Shown here piece after piece: positions 53,238 to 64,000 of a DNA stretch of 64,000 nt. The notes beneath the pieces are model-generated. The model saw only the letters and a list, made by a program, of their open reading frames with translations. It had not been told where the DNA came from and made no database searches. The DNA comes from Octopus vulgaris (lineage: Eukaryota). The stretch spans positions 61,318,001 to 61,382,000 of the forward strand of contig OX597831.1 of NCBI GenBank assembly GCA_951406725.2, given 5' to 3'. The number at the start of each line of letters is the position of its first letter. Position 1 is the stretch's first letter. The position numbers and the translations under genes were made by a program.

Positions 53238-53603
53238 AGGCTGTGTGGTAAGTAGCTTGCTTACCAACCACATGGTTCCGAGTTCAATCCCACTGCATGG
53301 CATCTTGGGCAAGTGTCTTCTACTATAGCCTCGGGCTGACCAAAGCATTGTGAGTGGATTTGGTAGACGGAAACTGAATGAAGCCCGTCGTGTATATGTA
53401 TATATGTGTGTATGTTTGTGTGTCTGTGTTTGTTCCCCCAGCATTGCTTGACAACCGATGTTGGTGTGTTTATGTCCCCGTTACTTAGCGGTTCAGCAAA
53501 AGAGAGCGATAGAATAAGTCCCGGGGTCGATTTGCTCGACTAAAGGCAGTGTTCCAGCATGGCCACAGCCAAATGACTGAAACAAGTAAAAGAGTAAAAG
53601 AGT
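53238..53603 (+). mobile_element. SINE family A
   Basis: Near full length; head-to-head with 52559-53007. Confidence 0.9.
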
Positions 53604-53673
53604 ACATGTGCACACACATACACACACACACACATACATGTTTTTTTTTAATATTTGTATATATATATATCAT

Positions 53674-54150
53674 TGACAGAGTGGCTAACCGGCTTCCATG
53701 CCAGTGGCACTTAAAAGGCACCATTCGAGCGTGATCATTACAAGCGTCGCATTACTGGCACTTGAGCTCCGTGCTAGTAGGGTATTAAGAGCACCATCCG
53801 ACCATGATCGTTGCCAGAGTGGCTATCTAGCCTCAGTGCCGGTGGCATATAAATGACACCATTCGAGCTTGATCGTTACTAGCATCACCTTACTGGCACC
53901 CGTGCCGGTGGCATGTGTAAAAGATTTGAACGAGGTCGTTGCCAGTGCTGCTGGACTGGCCCCATGCTGGTGGCACATGAAAGCACCCACTACACTCTCG
54001 GAGTGGTTGGTATTAGGAAGGGCATCCAGCTGTAGAAACTCTGCCAAATCAAGATTGAAGCCTGGTGCAGCCATCTGGTTCGCCAGCTTCAGTCATACGT
54101 CCAACCCATGCTAGCATGGAAAGCAGACATTAAGCGATGATGGTGATGAT
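53674..54150 (+). mobile_element. Family B (RTE 3' UTR) with five tandem units
   Basis: Five ~60-70-nt units, then the conserved 3' end. Confidence 0.85.
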
Positions 54151-54368
54151 ATATATATATTTATACATATACATATATATATATGCATGTATATATATTT
54201 GTCTCCTGATTCATGTACAAAACATCTTTCCTTCTACTAGCATGGAATGAAAACTTATTATGATTGCAAGAAATTGTAACATTATTATTAATTATTTAGC
54301 ATATGGGAAAGTGGTCATTATTACCAACTACTTAACATAAATAGTTATCTATGTATGTGTGTATGTAT

Positions 54369-54704
54369 GTGAAGATGCATGGCTCAGTGGTTAGAGCGAC
54401 GAGCTTACGATCGTGAGATTGTTAGTTTGAATCCCGGACCGGGCTGCATGTTGTGTTCTTGAGCAAGACACTTTATTTCACGTTGCTCCCATTCACTCAG
54501 CTGGAGAAATGAGTTGCGACGTCACAGGTGCCAAGTTGTATCAGCCTTTGCTTTTCTCTTGGATAACATCAGTGGTGTGGAGAGGGGAGTCTGATATGCA
54601 TGGGCAACTGCTGGCCTTCTACAAACAACCTTGCCCGGACTTGTGCCACGGAAGGTAACTTTCTAGGTGCAATCCAATGGTCATTCATGACCGAAGGGAG
54701 TCTT
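54369..54704 (+). mobile_element. tRNA-derived CORE-type SINE (family E)
   Basis: TGGCTCAGTGG and AGTTTGAATCC boxes, then TTGTGTTCTTGAGCAAGACACTTTA. Confidence 0.8.
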
Positions 54705-55184
54705 AGGTGTATGTGTTGTCCGACATGAAATCTCTGTGCATTTTCCTTCTTTCCATATCTTTTCACTACAATTCACAATGTGGAATTTTTTCTCAAAAAT
54801 TATTTCTTGAATCTTTTCACTCTGCGTGCGTGTGTGCGTGCATGCGTGCGTGCGTGCGTGTGTGTGTGTGCAGCCACTCATGCACCTATAGTAGAAAGGA
54901 TTATTTTATTACAGTAAAGCAGCCAGCTGCTAGGATTATTAGAGAATCAGAAAAAATGCTGTGCATTCTTTGTTCCAGTCATGAGTTCAATTCCTACCAA
55001 GGTCAACTTTGCATTTCATCCTTTCAAGCAGGGGTTAATAGCATACCCCTTAAGTACTGAGTTTATGTAATCAATTAAGCCTTACCCACTAAAATTGCTG
55101 GTCTTATGCCGAAATTTGAGACAATTATTTTATGATAGTTATAGATTATCAGCATGTTTATTGAAATGTAATTTTTTTTTATTG

Positions 55185-55402
55185 TTTTACTTTATAACTT
55201 GCTTCAGTCATTAGACATCAGCCATGCTGAGGCACCACCGTGAAGAATTTTAGTTGAATAAATCGGTCCTAGAACTATTTTTTTTTTTCCGAGCTTGGTG
55301 CTTATTCTATGGTTCTCTTTTGCTGAATCACAAAGTTATGGGGACTTAAACACATCGATACCAGTTGTCCAGAAATGGTGGGGGACAAACACAAACATGA
55401 AG

Positions 55403-55493
<91 letters not shown>

Positions 55494-56402
55494 CTGGCTT
55501 CCGTGCCGGTGGCACGTTAAAAGCACCAACCGATCGTGGCCGATGCCAGACCCCCCCTGGCACCTGGGAAGGTGGCACGTAAAAAAAGCACCCACTACAC
55601 TCACTGAGTGGTTGGCTTTAGGAAGGGCATCAAGCTGTAGAAACACTGCCAGATCAGACTGGAGCCTGGTGCAGCCCCTGGCTTCCCAGACCCCGGTCGA
55701 ACCGTCCAATGCGTGCTAGCACGGAAAACGGACGTTAAACGATGATGATGATGATGATGATGATATATATAGGGTGATTATAATCAAAATAAGCAACAAG
55801 GATATCTAAAGGTAGTGTAGTACAACTGTTTAATGCTACTTCATTTAATTAAACAATGTAAGTATTACATCAATTTTAAAATGTAGAACACTCTTCAGCC
55901 ACATATGGAATTTTTAAAATTAAATTGACAATGTTCATTTTTTTATACTTCTATATACCTACCTTCTTTGTAATGTCAGCAAATGGTATAAGTATAAAAA
56001 ATGAACATTGTCAAATTAATTTTTAAAATTCCATGTGTGGCTGAAGAGTGCTCTACATTTTAAAATTAATGTAATACTTACATTGTTTAAATAAATGAAG
56101 TAGCATTAAACGATTGTACTACACTACCTTTAGATATCCTTGTTGCTTATTTTGATTATAATCACCCCATTTGATTTGTATGGATAATACCATACCAAAT
56201 TCTGGTGCCTTTAACTTAAGTACCATATTCATCTGAATCTAAATTTTTGCTGAACTTATATATATATACACTATGGGCTTCTTTCAGTCTCCATTTACTA
56301 AATCTACTCGCTTTATACTATAGCTGAAAACACCTGTTGTAGGTGCTATGCAGTGGGTTTAAACCATGTAGTTGAGAAGTAAACTCCTTGTCACACAGCC
56401 AC
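55185..56402 (-). mobile_element. SINE family A split by nested insertions
   Basis: 3' half at 55185-55420, 5' half at 56273-56402; family B (55490-55764, plus strand) and a fold-back element lie between. Confidence 0.75.
55772..56167. repeat. Long inverted repeat (arms 55772-55950 and 55990-56167), each arm with a hammerhead-like motif
   Basis: ~179-bp arms with scattered mismatches and a ~39-nt spacer; right arm GTGTGG-CTGAAGA-GTGCT...AGCAT-TAAA-CGATTG-TA-CTACAC. Confidence 0.92.
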
Positions 56403-57040
56403 ACTACAATTACATGAATATATTGATTTAAAAACATTTGACTGACATCACTTTACCCAGCTTATGATCACTTATCCAGAATTGTGTAGAAATCATTCAG
56501 TATATAATTCGAGATGAGCTTCATAAAAATGCTATTGTTTCTCTATTTGCATCAAATGTTTGTTTCTTTGTTTTTGTTTTTGTTTTTTATTGCTTTTATT
56601 GTCAAAGTCCTGTACTAATTTAAATAATTACACTAATTTAAATAAATTAAATAATTAGAGTAACTGATTTATTTTTCAAGTCTGTAACTTTTTTCCGACA
56701 TCTACTGTAGTACTTTGAGCCATACAGTATTAGATTTTCTGAGAACATAGAAAGTATAAGAAAAGTTGCATAGCCTATTACATTTCTCTTGAAATGATTT
56801 CTGCTAGCTAGGTGAAAATTTCATCTAGCTAGAGGAACATTTCAGCAAGCTTGGTGAAAAACAATGACCTCCAGCAAAGAACAAACATGATTTTACTTTA
56901 TATAATAAAATGTGTTATTATATAAACATAGACTTGTATTAATGAATATTATTATATAAAAGGCATGTTACTATAAAAAAAATTATTATAGTTTATCAGT
57001 ATCATATATTAATATATATTATGTCAAATATTACATTGGA

Positions 57041-57114
57041 GTGTGGGGGTGCAATGGCCCAGTGGTTAGGGCAGCAAACTCGTGGTCGTAGGAATGTGGT
57101 TTCAATTCCCAGAC
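57041..57114 (+). mobile_element. Isolated tRNA-like SINE head (family D)
   Basis: Matches 19349-19425. Confidence 0.65.
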
Positions 57115-57567
57115 AGAATTAGGTATATAGTAAAGTAGAATATAAAATTTATGCTCAGGGATTACAAAGGGGTTCATCAAGGATAAGTAATATAATCTTT
57201 GGATCTCTTTATTAAGGAATACATTTGCACATTTGTCCCTGAAAATATTATGTTCATATCAAAAGAATTTGAAGTAGTTCATGAATCTCATGTCATTATT
57301 GCTTTTCCTCATGGCATTAGACTGAAGCAAAAATCATCCTCACTTTATCTGTAAGAAATCTTATGTCCACAATTACATTTTCACAATTTATAATCACAAA
57401 GAGAGCAAGAATTCTCAAAGGACCCACATACAGTGGCAAAATGGCCAACTCCTAGCAGCAGTTTCATTGAGCAGCCAGAGTTTGAATCCCTAGTTTTGAA
57501 TTGAAGATTCCAAATTTTATATCAAAATATTGACAACTGTTCAAAAGCATTTGCATTATTGGATATT

Positions 57568-57767
57568 CATCATCATCTTCATCATCATCATCGTTTAATG
57601 TCCGCTTATAATGCTAGCATGGGTTGGACGATTTTGACCGAGGGCTGGTGAACCAGATGACTGCACCAGGCTCCAATCTTGATCTGGCAGAGTTTCTACA
57701 GCTGGATGCCCTTCCTAACGCCAACCACTCCTAGAGGGTAGTGGGTGCTTTTCACGTGCCACCGGCA
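57568..57767 (-). mobile_element. Family B (RTE 3' end)
   Basis: Conserved family B sequence. Confidence 0.85.
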
Positions 57768-58394
57768 GTGTAGCATAATCTTATTATCAAGTACATTCGC
57801 TCTTTGAATTCTTTCATTATCGAATACCCTTAGCTTCATTAAATATTAGCATAAATGTAGTGAAGAGTTAAATGCTTATGTTCCCTTTATGACAATAAAT
57901 ATATCTGAAATTAGATTTGAAAATAATCTGATGCATCATTTTTTTCTTTAATTTTTTTCATTGTCATGAAAACAAGACAGAATTCCAACTGTGTCACAAT
58001 ATCATGAGCATGTGATAGTAATCACATATATCTTTTAATATTTTTTCTACATGGCTCCATGTTGGAAAAATGTCTTGATGAGTTCAAGCAATCAAGCCTA
58101 TATACACATACAGACAGACACGTTTGTAAGTATCATACTTGCACAGTTGCTTATAAATATTTATATACATTTCATTATACTTCAACTTAAACAACTTACA
58201 ATGTGGTTCATAGTTTGCTTGTTCAGCTGCAAAACACTTTGTTTATCAAATTATGAGAAAAATTATTGTAATAACACAGAAGATTGTGAACTAATGAAAG
58301 AATTACAACAAGCAAAATGCAAGGTCTCTGACAGGAAGATAACAAACTAAATTGCAACATCGGACCAGGTACATTCATTTTCTGTACTATAGTT

Positions 58395-58480
58395 TGACAG
58401 TATTATATTGACAGTATTATATTTTGACCAGTATTATATTTTGGCCAGTATTATATTTTGACCAGTATTATAATTTGACC
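58395..58480. repeat. 14-17-bp minisatellite (TTGACCAGTATTATATT), about 5 copies
   Basis: Direct inspection. Confidence 0.85.
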
Positions 58481-58518
58481 TGGCGTCAAAAATATTTATG
58501 GTAAAAATTCTTATGACA

Positions 58519-58759
58519 GAAATACCTACTTCTTTACTACCCACAAGGGGCTAAACACAGAGAGGACAAACAAGGACAGACAAACGGATTAAGTTGATTA
58601 CATCGACCCCAGTGTGTAACTGGTACTTAATTTATCGACCCTGAAAGGATGAAAGGCAAAGTCGACCTCGGCAGAATTTGAACTCAGAATGTAATGGTAG
58701 ACGAAATACCGCTAAGCATTTCGCCCGGCGTGCTAACATTTTTGCCAGCTCGTCACCTT
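58519..58759 (-). mobile_element. SINE family C with TSD CTTATGACAGAAATACC
   Basis: Full-length copy; duplication at ~58510-58526 and ~58771-58787. Confidence 0.9.
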
Positions 58760-58863
58760 CAGAGATACCACTTATGACAGAAATACCACTTACAAAATGT
58801 TTATGGTGAAAATAAATGGGACAAATTTTCCTGTGGTGAAAGGAACATACAATAAAGGGCTGC

Positions 58864-59501
58864 TACTCTTTTACCCTTTTACTTGTTTCAGTAATTTGAC
58901 TGTGTCCATGCAGGAGTACCAACTTTAGTCGATCAAATCGACCCCAGGACTTATTCTTTGTAAGCCTAGAACTTATTCTATTAGTCTCTCTTGCTGAACC
59001 ACTAAGTTACGGGGACATAAACACACCAGCATCGGTTGTCAAGCAATGTTGGGAGGACACACAGACACACAAACATATACACACATATATACATATATAC
59101 GACGAGCTTCTTGCAGTTTCTTATTTCTTTATTGTCCACGAGGGGCTAAACATAGAGGGGACAAACAAGGACAGACAAAGGGATTAAGTTGATTAGATCG
59201 ATCCCAGTGCGTAACTGGTACTTAATTTATCGACCCAGAAAGGATGAAAGGCAAAGTCGACCTCTGCGGAATTTGAACTGAGAAGGTAGCGGCAGACAAA
59301 ATACGGCTACGCATTTCGCCCGGCGTGCTAACGATTCTGCCAGCTCGCCGCCTTTTCTGTCAACTAAATCTACTCACAAGGCTTTGGTCAGCCCGAGACT
59401 ATAGTAGAAGACACTTGCCCAAGGTACTACACAGCGGGACTGAACCCGGAACCATGTGGTTCATAAGCAAGCTACTTACCACACAGCCACTCCTATGCCT
59501 A
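58864..59501 (-). mobile_element. SINE family A with a nested SINE family C (59121-59353)
   Basis: Family A resumes on both sides of the family C copy. Confidence 0.88.
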
Positions 59502-59901
59502 CTACAAAAGTTAAGTTAAAATGGGTTCTCATTTAAAAAGCGAAAAAGCTTAACAACTGGGTTTTGTAAATCAACTCCAGGTCAGGTGCAATTCCATAAA
59601 AAACTAAATAGCTACATATAAAGAGAGAGACAATTATAAAGAAAATATAGATGAGGGGATAGAAGTGATCAAGATGATGGATAGGAGAAATAGTTCAATG
59701 AACCACAATGGTACACAACTGTGATAATAGATTAAAATATTATGGGGCTGATTGGAAGTGATCAGGAAAGTGGATTAGAATTATATCAGCAGGAATCACG
59801 CAAACAGAGTTATGATAAGTGATGAAAATTTTTCAAGTCAAACACAAAGCAGCAGAATGTGGAAAATAAACATCATTACACATACACAATTGTATAGCAT
59901 T

Positions 59902-59946
<45 letters not shown>

Positions 59947-60110
59947 GATATAGGATAAAATTTTTTTCGGGAAAAAAATTTTATCAATGGCCAGCATATC
60001 ATAAAATGCATTTAAAGGTAAAATTTATACATAATTTACAAGATAAGGGCAGAAGAAAAATTCTAATGCCAGATACGCCAAAACAAAAAATTGTCGATAA
60101 AAATTTAATG

Positions 60111-60148
<38 letters not shown>

Positions 60149-60151
<3 letters not shown>

Positions 60152-60330
60152 TCATCATCATCATCATCATTGTTTAACGTCTGCTTTCAATGCTAGCATG
60201 GGTTGGACGATTTGACTTAGGACTGGCGAACCAGATGGCTGCACCAGGTTCCAATCTTGATCTGGCAGAGTTTCTACAGCTGGATGCCCTTCCTAACACC
60301 AATCACTCTGAGAGTGTAGTCTCCGAGAGT
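60149..60330 (-). mobile_element. Family B (RTE 3' end)
   Basis: Conserved family B sequence, between (TA)n tracts. Confidence 0.85.
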
Positions 60331-60343
60331 ATAGTCTTTGAGA

Positions 60344-60406
<63 letters not shown>

Positions 60407-60884
60407 TGCCTTCATTATATACACACTCAGTTACTTATAAATGATCATAGATATATATTCACACTTTTACTCCTATTTCAAAGATAACACTCAATCACTA
60501 TTCCTATATACAATGCAATATACGATAAATTTATTTACCTTATATTTCATCATGAGAAATTTATAAAATAAATGCATAATTATAATAAATTAAAAGAATT
60601 TTAATTCATAGAGACATGACTGAGGATGAGTTATGATGAATGTCTCCGTTAGTAGACACATTAGTAGACTATATTCGTTAGACATGGAGTAATATGTGGT
60701 ACATCCTATTATCCTGCACATCCACTTTTCTATTACTGGTGAAGATGCTTGATAGTTGAGCAACATTGCTTAAAGCACTACCATTGATGGTGTAAAATAT
60801 AAAATTTAGGGGCAAGCATGGCTGTGTAGTAAAGAAGTTTACTTTGCAAACACATTACTTGGACAAGTAACTTCAAATAAACCT

Positions 60885-61102
60885 TATTCTTTTATCTTTT
60901 ACTTGTTTCAGTCATTTGACTGTGGCCATGCTGGAGCACCGCCTTTAGTCGAGCAAATCGCTCCCAAGACTTATTTTTTGTAAGCCTAGTACTTATTCTA
61001 TCGGTCTCTTTTGCCGAGCCGGTATGTTACGGGTATGTAAACACACCAGCATCAGTTGTCAAGCGATGTTGGGGGGACAAACACAGACACACAAACATAC
61101 AT

Positions 61103-61134
<32 letters not shown>

Positions 61135-61386
61135 CATTCATCACCATCATCATCGTTTAACGTCCATTTTCCATGCTAGCATGGGTTGGATGGTTTGACC
61201 GGGGACTGGGAAACCAGGAGCCTGCACCAGGCTCCAGTCTAATCTGGCAGTGTTTCTACAGTTGGATGCCCTTCCTAATGACAACCACTCCGTTAGTGTA
61301 GTGGTTGCTTTTTACGTGCCAGGCAAGGCTGGCAATGGTCATGATTGGAAGGTGCCTTTTATGTGCCACCGGCACGGAAGCCAGTC

Positions 61387-61418
<32 letters not shown>

Positions 61419-61592
61419 GTACATATATACGACAGGCTTCTTTCAGTTTCCGTCTACCAAATACACTCACAAGGCTTTGGTCGGTCTGAGGCTATAGTAA
61501 ATAACACTTGCCCAAGGTGCCACACAGTGGGACTGAACCTGGAACCATGTGGTTGGTAAGCAAGCTACTTACCACACAGCCACTCCTACGCC
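60885..61592 (-). mobile_element. SINE family A with a nested family B copy (61135-61385)
   Basis: Family B is inserted in the internal (TA)n of family A. Confidence 0.88.
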
Positions 61593-62686
61593 TTATGTTC
61601 ACTGATATTTTGTGATGTAAAAGAAATTTGCTTGATGGATATGCTGTAGAAGCTCACCATATATAGGTATGTAACTGTGTGTATGTGAGTAGATATCCCT
61701 TGCATAGTGTGTGTAGATGTTCATTCTTGTGTTTAGGAAAAAAATGGTGCATTGAGTTGCATCACTTTATACAAAACGGTAGCTGTTAAATTATCTCAAT
61801 ATTCAGTAAATGGAGAACATTTATTGATGCAAGTATGAGATAAATATGATTGAAAAATGCCGTTGAAGGTAGCACTCCAGCATGGCCTCAGTCCAATATC
61901 AAAAACCAGTAACAGCCAAATAAATAACAGGGAAAAAAAAAAGGATCTTATTTGTTGTTAAAACCGAACAAAACTTTTTGATTATCATCGAAGTTTACAT
62001 TATCACAAATCAAGCTCAATACAAATATGAAAACTATATCCATATTCTTATTATCCCCCAAGGGAAGGTTTTTCTTCCATTCCTACTGAATAACTAGACA
62101 TCATTTACTTGCTTCTGCAAATATTATCTACATTATTTCCTTCCTTTCCTTTCCTTCCCCATTTTTCTTCAGCAATCTTTGTCTTCCTTTCATTCTTTTT
62201 AATCTTTACCATCAAATATACGTTGTTTTGTAAATGTGTATCTATTGTAAACTCACTAGAATTTCAATACAAAATCTGTTATTCATCTGTCAAATTTCGC
62301 TATATCAACATCCAGGAAAATTGATATGCAAAGATTTCTAATTTAGATTTTTATTTTGATAAACAGAATGGTGAAAATGTGAAAATTTTACTTTCTCTTA
62401 TTTTAATCAGTTATTTTATACATTTTCCAAAGAAAGTGATAGAACTTATATTTCAGTCTTAAATAACATCATCTTGGATTATTTTGTATATGTCATATTT
62501 GCATTTATTATTATATATAAAAATTTGATTGTGTGTACACATGTATGTATGTATGTTTGATTGTGTGTACACATGTATGTATGTATGTTTGATTGTGTGT
62601 ACACATGTATGTATGTATGTTTGTATGTATGTATGTATGTATGTATGTATGTATGTATGTATGTATGTATGTATGTATGTATGTAT

Positions 62687-63392
62687 GAGCAAAGGCTCAG
62701 ATGGAGTGGTCATCTGGTCAGAATGAAGGATTCAAGGATGCCAAAACAACTCTTTTATGGAGAGTTAGCTAAAGGAGAACGACCTCCACATAAACCAAAA
62801 CAGAGGTATAAGGACTTGCTGAATCTTCCTTAAGAGATGCTTGCATCTCTCCTGACACATGGGAAGGCATAGCTATTGATCGTAGCAGGTGGAGAAGGAT
62901 TGTGAATGAGGGGACAGCCACATTTGAGAAATCTCGAGTTGCACATGAGAAAGTAAGGAGGGATATCAGGAAGGGCATCACTGTTACACTTCCAGAAGGG
63001 AAGGGTCTTCCTTTGATTCTGACATGCAATGTCTGTGAAAGACCCTGCCTCAGTAAAGCTGGACTCATGAGTCATATTCGTAGTCATAAAACAAGACAGA
63101 TGAGTGACAACCTGGCCACTGGTGGTGGTGTAACACACCATACTAATCATATCTGTTGAGCATGTGGAAGAGAGTGTAATTCGGCAGGAGGACTTAAACG
63201 ACATGCAAAGGTACATGAAGCCCAGTTACAACTACAGCCGGCTATTACCAGTAAAGGTTTTAGTTGCCAATTTTGTACAAGACACTGTAGATCTTTAGCT
63301 GGGCTAAAAAGTCACATTTGATCACAGCACCAATAACAGTTAAGCTTCGTGCAATGGCCATACTTGATAACGAGGGGACAGCCATAAAATGT
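62687..63392 (+). mobile_element. RTE-like LINE 3' end with three C-terminal C2H2 zinc fingers
   Basis: QRLRWSGHLVRMKDSRMPKQLFYGEL..GER...KPKQRYKD; fingers CNVC..SHIRSH, C*AC..KRHAKVH, CQFC..KSHI*SQH; (TATG)n on both sides. Confidence 0.85.
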
Positions 63393-63529
63393 ATGTATGT
63401 ATGTATGTATGTATGTATGTATGTATGTATGTATGTATGTATGTATGTATGCATGCATGTATGTATATATGTGCTTGTCAATGTGTGTATATATATATAA
63501 AAACACATATATATATACATACACACACA

Positions 63530-63617
63530 TGGTGCAGCCATTTGATTCGCCAGTCCTCAGTCAAATCGTCCATCCCATGCTAGCATGGAAAAAGCAGATG
63601 TTAAAAGATGATGATGA

Positions 63618-63621
<4 letters not shown>
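63530..63621 (+). mobile_element. Family B extreme 3' end
   Basis: Conserved terminal sequence and (GAT)n. Confidence 0.8.
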
Positions 63622-63662
<41 letters not shown>

Positions 63663-64000
63663 CTTACATATACAAGGTGCAATGGCTAAATTGTCACCAG
63701 TTGATATTTCTAATATTGTGCATGCGTATTGTTTGTTTTGGATTTTGTCCACTACACAGTATAGTAGGGTCAGTTGAGCACCATCTGTGAGAAAAACAAC
63801 ACCCAGAAATTTAGTAACAACATGCTGTGTTGCTTGGCATTCACGCCAGAAACTACAATACGAACATTTCAGTGTTTGGGTGTCAATCTGGGGACAGTAC
63901 AATCTGAGGACATGTATCGAGAGTGATAAATATCAAATATCCAGTTCACATCATGGTGTTTTGAGTGATCGCTAGTGATGGTGATGTCATGCCTCCATTC

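Noticed and set aside
53674-54000. CRISPR-like repeat-spacer appearance of family B units
   Set aside because: The apparent spacers are homologous to each other, the context is eukaryotic, no cas genes are present, and the array is contiguous with an RTE ORF end at 5526-6250.

Overview
This is AT-rich animal genomic DNA with no long intact ORF. The repeat families and the very high load of (TA)n, (TATG)n, (CAT)n and (GATA)n microsatellites point to an Octopus (coleoid cephalopod) intron or intergenic region; this rests on my recognition of the repeats, not on a search. Almost all ORFs in the supplied track are microsatellite or repeat artefacts. The window holds many tRNA-headed SINE copies from several families, 5'-truncated LINE 3' ends (RTE, a BovB-like RTE, a zinc-finger RTE, CR1), a solo LTR, a mariner end, a Helentron-like remnant and a few candidate small exons of an unidentified host gene. 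The most interesting signals are at RNA level. (i) About nine hammerhead-ribozyme-like motifs occur in several unrelated short Penelope-like or retrozyme-like elements next to microsatellites, including two near-intact cores, a ~180-bp fold-back pair and one possibly non-circularly permuted hammerhead. (ii) The 3' UTR of the dominant RTE family carries a tandem array of compact H-type pseudoknot motifs. Repeat boundaries are approximate.
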